Shown: positions 40,230 to 50,722, numbered from the stretch's first letter. The stretch is 64,000 nucleotides of DNA from an uncultured Acidimicrobiales bacterium (GCA_963759225.1 CAVWYL010000001.1:2996-66995); one strand, 5' to 3'. The notes: generated by a model from the letters alone, not told the origin. Translations and numbers: made by a program.

Positions 40230-43200
40230 ATGGCCGACGACGTCTCCCCTGCCTCTCGTCGCCCCGCCCGGGGCGGCCGTGTGCCCCCGCACGACCTCCA
40301 CGCGGAGGAGTCGCTGCTCGGCGCCATGATGCTCGAGGCCGAGGCCATCGCCACGGCCGCCGGGGTGCTGCGGGCCGACGACTTCTACAAGCCGGCCCAC
40401 GCCCACATCTTCGACGCGGTCCACGCCCTGTACGCCGCGGGCCAGCCGGTCGACCCGGTGACCGTGGCCGACGAGCTGCGGCGCAACGGGCTGCTCACGA
40501 CCGTCGGCGGCCACCAGGTGCTGGTCGACATCATGGCGTCGACGCCGGCCACGACGAACGCCGCGGGCTACGCCCGCATCGTCGAGGAGCACGCCCTCCT
40601 GCGCCGGCTGATCGGCGTGGCGGGCGAGATCGCCGAGATCGGCTACGGCATGCCCGAGGACATCGCCAAGGCGCTCGACCGGGCCGAGTCGATGGTCTAC
40701 GACGTCAACCAGCGCCGGGTCACCGACACGACGTCCAAGATCGAGGACCTGCTGGGCCTCAACCTCGACCGGCTGGAGCACCTCTACGGCCGGGGCGACG
40801 CCATCACGGGCGTGCCGACCGGCTACGTCGACCTCGACGAGCTCCTGTCCGGCCTCCAGCCCAGCACGCTGGTGGTGGTCGGGGGCCGGCCGTCGATGGG
40901 CAAGTGCGTGGCGGCCGACACGCTGATCGTCGACCCCGCGACCGGCGCGCTGCGCACCGCCGCCGAGCTGCACCGCCTCGGCACCGGCGGCGCCGAGGTC
41001 GAGGTGCTGACCCTCGACGACGGCCGCGTCGTGCGCACCCGGCCGAGCGCGTTCGTCGACGACGGCGTCAAGCGGGTCTACCGGCTGCGCACCCGCACCG
41101 GCCGCGAGGTGCGCACCACGGCCAGCCACCCGTTCCTGACCCCGGCCGGGTGGCGGCCCCTGGCCGATCTCCGCCCCGGCCAGGTGGTGGGGGTCCCGGC
41201 GGCGATCCCGGTGTTCGGGTCGTCCACGCTCCCGGCCGACGAGGTCGTCATGCTCGCCCACCTGGTCATGGCGCCGGGCGAGGACGACGGCTGCCCCAAG
41301 CTGTGGACCGAGAACCGTGAGGTGGCCGCCGACATCGAGAACCGGGGGGCGCGCTTCGGGGTCGAGGTCATCGACCGCTCGCTGCCCGGCGGCGGCCGCA
41401 CCTGGGACGTCACCATCCCGCCCGCGCTGGCCGAGCTGGCCCGGCGCCACGGCATCTCGCCCGCGCTGGAGGCCCGCCGCGTGCCCGGCGCCGTGTTCCG
41501 CCTGGAGCGCGAGCTGCTGGCCCGGTTCCTCAACCGTGCGCTCGGGGCCCGGGCCGCGGTGTGGCGCCCCCAGCACGGCGAGCCCGGGCGGCTGGTGGTG
41601 GGCACCCGCAGCGTGGGGCTGGTCCACGACCTGCAGCACCTGCTGCTGCGGTTCGGCATCGCCGCGTCGGTGACCCAGTCGGTCGTCGCCGTCGACCAGG
41701 CGACGTGGATGGTGCACGACCTGGTGGTGGACGAGCCCGCGCAGCTGGTGCGCCTGGCCGCCGAGATCGGCACGCTCGGCCACGAGGGCGAGCTGGGCGC
41801 GGTCGTGGCCCACGCCCGGTCGGTCGCGGAGCACCCGCTGGCGGTCACGATCCCGGCCGCCCCGTCCGCCGGTGGCGGAGGCGGTGGCCGCCCCGGGCGG
41901 CGACTCCGGCCCGGAGCACGAGGCCGTCCTGTGGGACACGGTCGACGCCATCGAGGACGAGGGCGACGAGCAGGTCTACGACCTCACGGTGCCCGGCACC
42001 CACAACTTCGTGGCGGCCGACGTGTTCGTGCACAACACGTCGTTCGCCCTCGGCATGGGCGCCCACGCCGCCCTGCACGCCAACCGGCCGGTCCTGCTGT
42101 TCAGCCTCGAGATGGGCAGCCTCGAGCTGTCCCAGCGCCTGCTGTGCGGCGAGGCCCGCATCGACTCGGCCCGGGTCCGCACCGGCCGGCTCAGCGAGGA
42201 CGACTGGAGCCGCATCAGCCAGGCGATCGGCCGCCTCGCCGCCGCGCCCATCTGGATCGACGACAACCCCAACCTCACGGTCATGGAGATCCGGGCCAAG
42301 GCCCGCCGGCTCAAGAGCCAGGTCGGCGACCTGGGCATGGTGGTGGTCGACTACCTCCAGCTCATGACCGGCCGCTCGAACGCCGAGAACCGCCAGGTCG
42401 AGGTGTCCGAGATCAGCCGCGGCCTCAAGATCCTCGCCCGCGAGCTGGAGTGCCCGGTCGTGGCGCTGTCCCAGCTGTCCCGCGGGCTCGAGCTGCGGGC
42501 CGACAAGCGCCCGATGCTGGCCGACCTGCGCGAGTCCGGGTGCCTCAGCGCCGACGCCCGGGTGCTGCGGGCCGACACCGGGGCCGAGGTGCCGATCGGC
42601 GACCTGGCCGCCGGCGGCGAGCGCGACATCCCCGTGTGGTCGCTCGACACCGACCTGCGCATGGTGCCCGCCACCATGACCCGCGCCTTCGCCACCGGCG
42701 TCAAGGAGACCTTCGAGCTGCGCCTGGCGTCGGGCCGCCAGGTGTGCGCCAGCGCGAACCACCCCTTCCTCACCGTCGGCGGCTGGCTGCGTCTCGACGA
42801 GCTGGCCCCCGGCAGCCGCATCGCCGTGCCCCGGGTCGTGCCCGCGCCCAAGGAGGCCCACGTCCTGCCCAACGCCCAGGTCCGGCTCCTGGCCGACCTG
42901 CTGCCCGGAGGGCGCGACCCGTTCGTGCCCGCCCCCGTCTTCTCGCTGGAGGACGACCAGGTGGAGGCGTTCCTGGGCCGCCTGTGGGGCGGTCCGGTCG
43001 CCGGCCACCTCGACGCCCCCGGGCGGCGCCTGCTCGACGGGGTGCGCCTCCTCCTGCTGCGCCTCGGCCTCGGCTCGACCGTGCACGCCACCGGCACCGG
43101 CTACCGCCTCACCCTCGCGGACGAGGGCGACGACGTCCCGGCCGACGTCTGGCGCCGGGTGCGGGCCCGGGCCTCGCGCCGCGGCATCCCCCCGGTGCGG

Positions 43201-43611
43201 CTGGCCGCGGCCGTCGGCGCCGGGTTCGGCGCCGGGGACGCCGGCCGGGCGCTGCTGGCCCGCGCCGCCGAGGTGGTCGACGACGACGTGGTGCGGGCGC
43301 TCGCCACGTCCGACGTGGCCTGGGACCGGGTCGTGGCGATCGAGCCCCGGGGCCGCCAGGTGGTCTACGACGCCACCGTCGAGTCGACCCACAACTTCGT
43401 GGCCAACGGCATCACCGTCGAGAACAGCATCGAGCAGGACGCCGACGTCGTGATGTTCATCTACCGCGACGACGTGTACCACTCCGACTCGCCCGACCGG
43501 GGCCAGGCCGAGGTCATCGTCTCCAAGCACCGCAACGGCCCGACCGGCATCTGCCGGCTGGCGTTCCTCGAGCAGTTCACCCGGTTCGCCAACATGGCCA
43601 AGGTCGACTGA
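40230..43611 (+). CDS. dnaB: Replicative DNA helicase DnaB interrupted by two inteins; 1-nt frameshift inside intein 1 (about 41860-41885)
   Basis: ATG 40230 follows GAGGGTG. The extein pieces are ...LVVVGGRPSMGK / TSFALGMGAHAA...DYLQLM...ALSQLSRGLELRADKRPMLADLRESG / SIEQDADVVMFIYRDDVYH...SKHRNGPTG. They come from ORFs 40218..43706 and 41872..43611. Confidence 0.92.
40905..42036 (+). mobile_element. Intein 1 in the DnaB P-loop (GK|C...HN|T), about 377 aa with a degenerate LAGLIDADG-like middle domain
   Basis: It starts at Cys 40905 (CVAADTLIVDP). Block B is TASHPFLTPAGW. It ends with THNFVAADVFVHN (Asn codon 42034-42036) followed by Thr. The 1132-nt length implies one extra base. Confidence 0.85.
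42541..43425 (+). mobile_element. Intein 2 at the DnaB RESG|SIEQD site, 295 aa, C-terminal VEN instead of HN
   Basis: It starts at Cys 42541 (CLSADARVLRAD). Block B is SANHPFLTVGGW. It ends with THNFVANGITVEN (Asn 43423-43425) followed by SIEQD. Confidence 0.85.
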
Positions 43612-43623
43612 GCGACCGTCGGG

Positions 43624-44049
43624 TCAGCGGGGCCGCCGGATCTGGGCGGTGGCGGTGGCGACCGCCACGACCTCGCCGGAGTCGTCCACCAGCTCGCCGG
43701 CCATGAACCCGACGTCGCGGCCCTTGCGCACGATGCGGCCGCGGCCCACGAGCCGCCCCGGGCGGGCCGGGCGCAGGAACTGCACGTGCAGGTCGGTGGT
43801 CGGCGCCGACTCGCCGGGGCCCAGCGTCGCCACCAGGGCCGGACCGAGGGTGTCGTCCAGCATGGCGGCCAGCAGGCCGCCCTGGATGGCGCCGAACGGG
43901 TTGAGGAACTGCTCGGTGGCCGTGAACGACATCTCGATCGTGCCCGCGTCGGGGTCGACGGCCACCAGCTCCCAGCCGAGGAGCACCCCCGCGGGCGGGG
44001 GCGCCGCCCGGCCCTCCATCACGTCCCAGAACGGTCCCTCGCGATCCAT
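43624..44049 (-). CDS. PaaI-family (hotdog) thioesterase
   Basis: ORF 43624..44049 is intact, with NPFGAIQGGLLAAMLDD and a hotdog-like C-terminus. Confidence 0.75.
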   Translation of the reverse strand: MDREGPFWDVMEGRAAPPPAGVLLGWELVAVDPDAGTIEMSFTATEQFLNPFGAIQGGLLAAMLDDTLGPALVATLGPGESAPTTDLHVQFLRPARPGRLVGRGRIVRKGRDVGFMAGELVDDSGEVVAVATATAQIRRPR

Positions 44050-44084
44050 GCCGCATTCTTACCCGGGGCTGCGAACCGCCCCGG

Positions 44085-45983
44085 TCAGCCGGGGAGGCCG
44101 GCGAGGACCTGGCCGGCCAGCGGGGCCGCCACCTGGCCGCCGACGCCGCCGTCCTCGATCAGCACCGCGACCGCCAGGTTGCCGCGGATGCCGATGAACC
44201 ACGCGTGGGTCGGGGGCGGGTCGCCGCCCTCGAACTCGGCCGTGCCGGTCTTGCCGGCGATGTCGACGCCGGGCACCGCGGCGGCGGTGCCGCTGCCCTC
44301 GGTCACCACCCGGCGCATGAGCGTGCGCAGCGTGTCGGACGCGCCGCCCGCCAGCTGGGTCGGCGGCGGTGGCGTCGCCGGCTCCTCGCCCGGCACCGCG
44401 TCCCGGAACAGGACCGGCGGCTCCCACGTGCCGTCGATGACCGTCCCGGCCACGGTGGCCATGTGCAGCGGGCTGGCCGTGATCCGGCCCTGGCCGATGG
44501 CGGCCGCCGCGTGCTCGGTGACGTCGGCGGGCGACGGGAAGCTGCCCCCCTCGGTCGTGAGGCCCACGTCGTAGGGGGCGTTGAAGCCGAAGCTCTCGGC
44601 CGCGGCCACCAGGTCGGGGTCGGGCACGTCGGCCGCCGCGGTGATGAACGCGGTGTTGCACGACTGGGCGAACGCCACGCCGAAGGGCACCGTGCCGAGC
44701 GACGAGCTCTCGAAGTTGCGGAACTGCCGCCCCCCGGCGTTGGCGGTCGGGGCGCACTCGACCGACGTGTCCGCCGTGACGCCCCGCCCCAGCAGCGCGG
44801 CCGTGGTCACCACCTTGAACGTGGACCCGGGCGGGTAGCTGCCGCCGAGCGCCCGGTTGTACTCGCCGAGCGGCCGGGAGGCGACGGCCCGCACGTTGCT
44901 GTCGGCGTCGACGACGACCACCGCCGTCGGCCGCGTGGTGTCGCCCAGCGCCACCTCCACCGCGGCCTGCACGGCCGGGTCGAGCGTGGTGCGGACCGGC
45001 TGGGGGGCGCGGCCCTCGATGCGGTCGATGACCTCGACCTGCTCGGCGGCGGCCACGGTCATGATGTCGCCCGACGGCGTCCCCGCCAGCTGGGTCTCGA
45101 ACCGGGCCTCGATGCCGGTCAGGCCCACCAGGTCGCCGACCGCATAGGGCTCGCCCAGCTCCTCCAGGCGCTCGGCGGTGACCTCGCCGAACGTCCCGAG
45201 CACGTGGGCGGCGAACTCGGGGGTCGGCCCGCCCCGCAGGAACGTGTCCCGGAACCGGGTGCCGGGCAGCGGGTAGATCACCGGCGCCACCTGGTCGTAG
45301 AGCGTCTTGTCCACGGTCGTGATGGTCACGAAGTGGTCGGGCTGGACCCCGCGGGCGCCGAGCGCGGTGTCGATGGCGGCGGGGTCGATGCCGAGCTGGG
45401 CCTGGAACGCGGCCTTGATCTGGTTGAGGTCGACGATGGCCCGGGGCTCCAGGCCGATGATGCGGGCGGCCCGGCCGGTCGAGATGGGCTGGTCGTTGGC
45501 GTCGAGGATCGGGGCCCGCTCGGGCATCTCCCGGGTCCGCTCCAGGTGCTCGCCCCGGCCCAGCTCCGGGTGGATCGTGGAGGGCGACCAGTCGACCAGC
45601 CACTCGTCGCCCTCCTTGGTGAGGGAGAGGGTGCCGTCGTAGTCCCAGCGGCCGAGCCCGGTGAGCTGGAGGGCGGCGTGGTAGCGGGCGACCGCCGTGT
45701 CGCCGCCCCGGTCGACCGAGTCGAGCTCGTAGGTGGCCTCGCCGACCGCGAGGTTGTCGACCACCGCCTGGTGCGTGTCGGCGAACGCGTCGGGCGGGTC
45801 GACCACCCGGGCGGCCATGGCGTCCCAGTCGCCGTCGGACCAGTCGGCCAGGTAGGCCCGGGCGTCGGGCGCCGGGTCGGACGTGTCCTCCCGCATCAGC
45901 ACGAAGATGCCGTACACCGCGGCCCCCATGAGGACCACACCGATCAGCAGCGCCAGGCGGGAGACGCTCGACATCGGGCGCAC
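44085..45983 (-). CDS. Penicillin-binding transpeptidase with an N-terminal TM anchor and an NTF2/MecA_N-like domain
   Basis: ORF 44085..45983 is intact (alternative ATG 45974). Motifs: GSTFKVVT (SxxK), QSCNTAF (SxN), GKTGTAE (KTG). Confidence 0.85.
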   Translation of the reverse strand: MRPMSSVSRLALLIGVVLMGAAVYGIFVLMREDTSDPAPDARAYLADWSDGDWDAMAARVVDPPDAFADTHQAVVDNLAVGEATYELDSVDRGGDTAVARYHAALQLTGLGRWDYDGTLSLTKEGDEWLVDWSPSTIHPELGRGEHLERTREMPERAPILDANDQPISTGRAARIIGLEPRAIVDLNQIKAAFQAQLGIDPAAIDTALGARGVQPDHFVTITTVDKTLYDQVAPVIYPLPGTRFRDTFLRGGPTPEFAAHVLGTFGEVTAERLEELGEPYAVGDLVGLTGIEARFETQLAGTPSGDIMTVAAAEQVEVIDRIEGRAPQPVRTTLDPAVQAAVEVALGDTTRPTAVVVVDADSNVRAVASRPLGEYNRALGGSYPPGSTFKVVTTAALLGRGVTADTSVECAPTANAGGRQFRNFESSSLGTVPFGVAFAQSCNTAFITAAADVPDPDLVAAAESFGFNAPYDVGLTTEGGSFPSPADVTEHAAAAIGQGRITASPLHMATVAGTVIDGTWEPPVLFRDAVPGEEPATPPPPTQLAGGASDTLRTLMRRVVTEGSGTAAAVPGVDIAGKTGTAEFEGGDPPPTHAWFIGIRGNLAVAVLIEDGGVGGQVAAPLAGQVLAGLPG

Positions 45984-45984
45984 G

Positions 45985-47146
45985 TTAGTTCCCCTCCCTG
46001 GCCCGGCCGCAGCGGACGGCCCGGGACCGGGGGAGTCCGACGATGGCGGCCAGGACCAGCGCGGGGCCGGCCAGCCACAGCGGCCGGGTCGCCCACCAGG
46101 CGGCCGTGGGCCGGTCGGCCAGGGCGAACCCGGCCCGCTCGTACAGCCCGATCACCACGACGAGCGCCGTCATGTGCCAGCAGAACACCGGCAGCGCCAG
46201 CCCGTTGGCGGCGACGACGGCCCGCCACGGCGCCCGCCGGGCCAGCCACCGCTCGAGGGTGGGGCGGGCCAGCAGCACCAGGCCGAGCTGGAACGCCGCC
46301 AGGGCCGCGATGCAGGCCGAGGTGGGGAACATGTTGGACAGGTCGTCGCCCCGGGTGGCGACCATCGCCCGCGGGTAGGGCCCGAGCCGTGGTCAGGGCG
46401 ACCAGGGCGCCGAGACCGGCGGCGGCCAGCGCCGCGGCCCGGCGGCGACCGCCGGCCACCAGCGTGCCGTCCCGCCAGGAGTAGCCGAGCTGGTGGCACC
46501 ACAGCCACACGAGCGCCGAGCCGGCGAGGCCGGGGACCGGGCCGCCCGCCCCGGCGCCGAGGCGCACGGCGTCGGCGACCGCGATGCCCGCGGCCAGCGC
46601 CACGAGGACCCGCCCCCCGTGGGCGGCGTGGAGCCGGGCCGTGACCGGCACCGCCGCGATCACCCCGGCGTACACGGCGAGGAACCACAGGGGCACGAAG
46701 ACGACCAGCCCCCAGTCGAGCACCGAGCGCCCGCCCCCGGCCCGCACCGCGAGGTCGACGGCCAGCCAGCACCCCAGCCACGGCACCAGCGGCGCCGCGA
46801 GCCGGCGCAGGCGGGCCCGCAGGAAGCGGGCGGCGCCGCCACCGTCCCGGGTGGTCGCCTGCCACCCCGCGAGGTTGGCGTAGCCGCCGACGAAGAAGAA
46901 CACGGGCATGACCTGGAGCACCCAGGTCGCCGCCCACAGGCCGGGCACGTCCGCGACCGGGTTCGGCATGGTGAGGCGGCCGTCGTGCCAGTGGGTCACG
47001 GACAGCGTCCAGTGCCACAGGACGACGATGCAGATGCTCGCGGCCCGCAGCAGGTCGACGACCCGGTCGCGGGACGCCGGCGTGGCGTCCACGAGGGCGT
47101 CGAGGCCGGCGCCGGGCGCGGCGGCCGTGGTGGGGGCGGTGGTCAT
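45985..47146 (-). CDS. Acyltransferase-3 family integral membrane protein, with an apparent 1-nt insertion near 46384
   Basis: The N-terminus from ATG 47146 (MTTAPTT...RDRVVDLLRAASICIVVLWHW...MPVFFFVGGY) is in ORF 45944..47266. The C-terminus (GPYPRAMVATRGDDLSNMFPTSACIAAL...PVFCWHMTALVVV) is in ORF 45985..46365. Confidence 0.7.
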
Positions 47147-47320
47147 GGGGCCACCATCGGGCCCGCCGGTCCCCGGGACGACCCGGGGGACCCCCCAGGC
47201 CCGCCCCGGGGACCCCCTAGGTGAACTCCCAGTTTCGGGTCGCGCGCCTGGCCCGGCGGCCCGCACCCCGTCAGGATGACCGCACGGCGCCCGCGGCCCG
47301 GCCGCGTGGCTGCCCGCCGA

Positions 47321-47357
47321 CCTCGGCCTGGTGTCCCCGCCCGGCGCCAGGCCGAGG
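47321..47357 (-). terminator. 11-bp perfect-stem hairpin downstream of the AstE-like gene (no U-tract)
   Basis: CCTCGGCCTGG (47321-47331), a 15-nt loop, CCAGGCCGAGG (47347-47357). It lies about 60 nt past the stop at 47420. Confidence 0.35.
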
Positions 47358-47419
47358 CGGCTCCCCCTCAGAGCGTGCGCGGACAGGCCACGTCGTCAGG
47401 GCCCTGTCGGCGCAGCCTC

Positions 47420-48433
47420 TCAGTCCCGCCGGGGCAGGCGGGCGGCGGTGCCCTTGGCCGCCGGGTCCAGGTCGGCCAGGTGGAACAGGGCGTCGCCGCG
47501 GTGGACCATCGGGCGCCGGGTGTGGCCGATGACCACGCCGGCGATGGGGGCCTTCATCGTGGCCCGGGAGCCGCCCACCGCGTCGGCGATGATGCCCAGC
47601 ACCTCGCCCCGGGCCACCCGCTGTCCCGCGTTCACCGAGCTGCGCAGGATCCCGGTGCGGCGGGCCCGCACCCAGTGGGTGTGGCGCACGAACGTCGTGT
47701 CGGGCTCGTCGCCGGCGTCCCGGTGCGTGTAGAGGCCGAGGTGGGCCAGCACCCGCATGACGCCCGCGGTGCCGGCCACGATGACCTCCTCGTTGAACCG
47801 GTGGGCCTCGCCGCCCTCGTAGACGATCACGGGGATGCCCCGCCGCCCGCACGCCTCCCGCAGCGAGCCGTTCCGCACCGGCGAGTGGATGCTGATCGGC
47901 GCCCCGAACGCCTCGGCCATGTCCCGGGTGGCCGGGTCCTCCATGTCGCCCCGGACCTGCGGGTAGTTGTACCGGTGGTCGCTGCCGGTGTGCAGGTCGA
48001 TGCCCATGTCGCACGCGGCCACGACGTTGGTCATGAACAGGTGGGCGAGCTGCGAGCCGAGCGACCCGTTGGCCCGCCCCGGGAACGAGCGGTTGAGGTC
48101 CCGGCGGTCGGGCAGGTACCGGCTCTCGCCGAGCACGCCGAAGACGTTGACGATCGGCACCGCCACCAGCGTCCCCGACACCTGGCGGGGCCGGACCTCC
48201 TCGAGCACCCGCCGGATGATCTCGAGCCCGTTCAGCTCGTCGCCGTGCACGACCGCCGACACCCACAGCCGGGGCCCCGGCCGCAGGCCGTGGGTCACCA
48301 CGACGGGCAGGCTGAGCGACGTGGCCGTCGGCAGCTTCGACACCGGGACCTCGACCAGCGTGCGCGTCCCGGGGGCGACGGTGGTGCCGCCGATCGTGAC
48401 CGGCTCGTTGCGGGGGGCGCGGGCGCGGGGCAC
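47420..48433 (-). CDS. Succinylglutamate desuccinylase/aspartoacylase (AstE/AspA) family zinc hydrolase
   Basis: ORF 47420..48433 is intact, with the zinc motif AVVHGDELNG, plus DLNRSFPG and DLHTG. Confidence 0.8.
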   Translation of the reverse strand: MPRARAPRNEPVTIGGTTVAPGTRTLVEVPVSKLPTATSLSLPVVVTHGLRPGPRLWVSAVVHGDELNGLEIIRRVLEEVRPRQVSGTLVAVPIVNVFGVLGESRYLPDRRDLNRSFPGRANGSLGSQLAHLFMTNVVAACDMGIDLHTGSDHRYNYPQVRGDMEDPATRDMAEAFGAPISIHSPVRNGSLREACGRRGIPVIVYEGGEAHRFNEEVIVAGTAGVMRVLAHLGLYTHRDAGDEPDTTFVRHTHWVRARRTGILRSSVNAGQRVARGEVLGIIADAVGGSRATMKAPIAGVVIGHTRRPMVHRGDALFHLADLDPAAKGTAARLPRRD

Positions 48434-48442
48434 GGTGTCCGG

Positions 48443-49348
48443 TCAGGCCCGGGTGCGGGTCCGCCGGGGGCGGTTGGCGTGACTCTTCTCGATCCACTCG
48501 ACGATACGGCGGGCGACGTCGACGCCCGTGGTTCCCTCGATGCCCTCGAGTCCCGGCGAGCTGTTGACCTCCAGCACCAGCGGCCCGTGCTTGGACCGCA
48601 CGAGGTCGACACCGCACACGTCGAGGCCCATCGTGCGGGCGGCCCGTACGGCGACGGCCCGCTCCTCGGGGGTGAGGCGGATGCGGTCGGCGGTGCCGCC
48701 GCGGTGCAGGTTCGACCGGAACTCACCGGGCGCGCTCTGGCGCCGCATCGACGCCACCACCCGGTTGCCGACCACGAACGCCCGGATGTCGGCGCCGCCG
48801 GCCTCCCGGATGAACTCCTGCACCAGGATGTTGGCGTCGAGCTGCCGGAACGCCGAGATCACCGACTCGGCCGCCTTGCGGGTCTCGGCCAGCACGATGC
48901 CCATGCCCTGCGTGCCCTCGGTGAGCTTGACCACCACGGGCGGTCCGCCGACCGTGTCGAGCAGCCCGTTGATGTCCTTGGTCGAGTGGGCGAACCCGGT
49001 GACCGGCAGGCCGATGCCGTTGCGGGCGAGCAGTTGCAGGGCCCGCAGCTTGTCGCGGGCACGGCTGATGGCCTGGGACTCGTTGGCGGTGAAGATGCCC
49101 ATCATCTCGAACTGGCGCACCACGGCCGTGCCGTAGAACGTGTGCGAGGCCCCGATGCGGGGGATCACGGCGTCGAGGTCGGTGAGCTCGATGCCCTGCA
49201 GCATGACCGAGGGCCGGTGGGCCGTGATGTTCATGTAGCAGCGCAGGTAGTCGATGACGCGGACCTCGTGGCCACGTGCCTCGGCGGCCTCGCGCAGGCG
49301 CGAGGTCGAGTACAGGTTGGCGTTGCGCGAGAGGATGGCCAGCTTCAT
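48443..49348 (-). CDS. rimK: RimK-family ATP-grasp alpha-L-glutamate ligase
   Basis: ORF 48443..49348 is intact: [18 protein letters not shown]...[18 protein letters not shown]...[21 protein letters not shown]...[26 protein letters not shown]. Confidence 0.9.
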   Translation of the reverse strand: MKLAILSRNANLYSTSRLREAAEARGHEVRVIDYLRCYMNITAHRPSVMLQGIELTDLDAVIPRIGASHTFYGTAVVRQFEMMGIFTANESQAISRARDKLRALQLLARNGIGLPVTGFAHSTKDINGLLDTVGGPPVVVKLTEGTQGMGIVLAETRKAAESVISAFRQLDANILVQEFIREAGGADIRAFVVGNRVVASMRRQSAPGEFRSNLHRGGTADRIRLTPEERAVAVRAARTMGLDVCGVDLVRSKHGPLVLEVNSSPGLEGIEGTTGVDVARRIVEWIEKSHANRPRRTRTRA

Positions 49349-49363
49349 CGGGATGTCACGCGG

Positions 49364-49849
49364 TCAGACGGCGGCGGCACCGGGGCCCAGCTGCGACGAG
49401 GGGGCGACTGTACTCCCCCCGCACATGAACGAATGCCCGGGATCGATGACGAACCGGCGACGAAGTGCCCGCCGGCCGAGCAGCATCCGGAACCCCATCT
49501 CGTCCCGGCGGGTGAGGGTCAGCTCGATGGCGAACCGGCGGCCGCCGACCACGACCGGCGTGCGGATCACGGGGCGGGTCTCCACCTCGCCGTTGCTCGA
49601 CCGCACGGCCCGCAGGGCCACGAGCTCCGCCTCGGCCTCGACGGTCTCGTCCATGTCGCGCTGGCGGGGGTGGATCACGAAGCGGACCCGGGGCCGGTGG
49701 GGGCCGTTCCGGTCGGCGTCGACGATCGTGACGTCCCAGGCGTGCAGCGACGACGACCGGGCGCCGGTGTCGATCTTGGCCTTGACGGACCCCACCCCCA
49801 GCTCCGGCAGGGCCACCCACTCGCGCCATCCGATGGTGGTGGCAGCCAT
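49364..49849 (-). CDS. RimK-associated retropepsin-like protein ('ATP-dependent zinc protease' family)
   Basis: ORF 49364..49849 is intact: IGWREWVALPELGV..VKAKIDTGARSSSLHA (D-T-G-A signature), then MLLGRRAL. Confidence 0.75.
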   Translation of the reverse strand: MAATTIGWREWVALPELGVGSVKAKIDTGARSSSLHAWDVTIVDADRNGPHRPRVRFVIHPRQRDMDETVEAEAELVALRAVRSSNGEVETRPVIRTPVVVGGRRFAIELTLTRRDEMGFRMLLGRRALRRRFVIDPGHSFMCGGSTVAPSSQLGPGAAAV

Positions 49850-49902
49850 ACGGCCGCGACGCTACCCGCCCGGCCCGCCCCCGCCTCTGGCAGGCTGGAC
49901 GG

Positions 49903-50436
49903 GTGGACGTGCCGTCGCCCCCGCCCCGCTGGACCTTCCCGGTCTGCGGCCCTCGCGTCCGCGCCAGCGTGGGCCTGGTCGCCTGGTGCGGGCTGGCCGC
50001 CGGGCTGGTGTGGCTGCCCGGCGACGAGATGGCGGCGCCGGTGTTGTTCGTGGCCGCCCTGGTCGCATCGGTGGCGGTGCACGAGGGCGCCCACGCCTGG
50101 GCGGCCCACAGCCTGGGCTACCGGGTCGACTGGGTGGTCATCGGCGGGCTCGCCGGGGTGACGGCGTTCGCCGGCCGCGACGACCGCCCGCTGGAGCGGG
50201 CCGCGGTGGCGCTGGCCGGTCCCGCGGCCAGCGCGGCGCTGGTGCTGGCCCTGGTGGGCCTGCGGGTCACCCTCGATCCGGGCAGCGTGGAGATCGCGAT
50301 GGTCGAGTTCGTCATCGCCCTCAACGCCCTGGCGGTGGTCGTCAACCTGGTGCCGTTGGGCCGCACCGACGGGGCGCTCGTCGTGCGGGGCCTGTTCCAC
50401 CACGCCCGTTCCCGCCGTCGTGGCCCGGCGGGCTGA
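49903..50436 (+). CDS. Site-2 protease (M50)-like membrane metalloprotease
   Basis: ORF 49903..50436 has HExxH in a TM helix (AVHEGAHAWAAH), several hydrophobic segments and NLVPLGRTDG. Confidence 0.6.
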   Translation: MDVPSPPPRWTFPVCGPRVRASVGLVAWCGLAAGLVWLPGDEMAAPVLFVAALVASVAVHEGAHAWAAHSLGYRVDWVVIGGLAGVTAFAGRDDRPLERAAVALAGPAASAALVLALVGLRVTLDPGSVEIAMVEFVIALNALAVVVNLVPLGRTDGALVVRGLFHHARSRRRGPAG

Positions 50437-50454
50437 ACCCCTACGCTGACCGGC

Positions 50455-50661
50455 ATGTTCCTCGGCGAGGACCTGCTGGCCTACCTCGTGCTGGCGCTGG
50501 GCGCCGCCATGGCGATCGGCAGCGTCGCCGCGCTCGTCCGCCCGCCGGAATCGCCGAAAGAGGGCGAGCTGGCCCGGGCCCCGCTGTCCCGCAGCGTGGT
50601 GATGATCGTGGTGGGCACGGTCGCCGCCGTGTGGGCGCTCGCCAGCCTGCTGGCGGGCTGA
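50455..50661 (+). CDS. Small two-helix membrane protein, hypothetical
   Basis: ORF 50455..50661 (68 aa) has two hydrophobic segments separated by PPESPKEGELARAP. Confidence 0.4.
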   Translation: MFLGEDLLAYLVLALGAAMAIGSVAALVRPPESPKEGELARAPLSRSVVMIVVGTVAAVWALASLLAG

Positions 50662-50722
50662 GACCCGGCACGTCTCGTTCCCCGGAGAACTCCTGGGGAC
50701 ACGCTTCGTGTAATCCGTCAGG

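Noticed and set aside
47276-50161. Plus-strand ORF of 961 aa (and similar ORFs 44205..46484, 51329..52777, 56224..58524, 30152..32104, 20033..22351, 16133..18184).
   Set aside because: All are antisense to well-supported genes (AstE-like/rimK, PBP, murA, MFS, ino1, DUF6049-like, kinase). They show shadow-ORF composition with no motifs.
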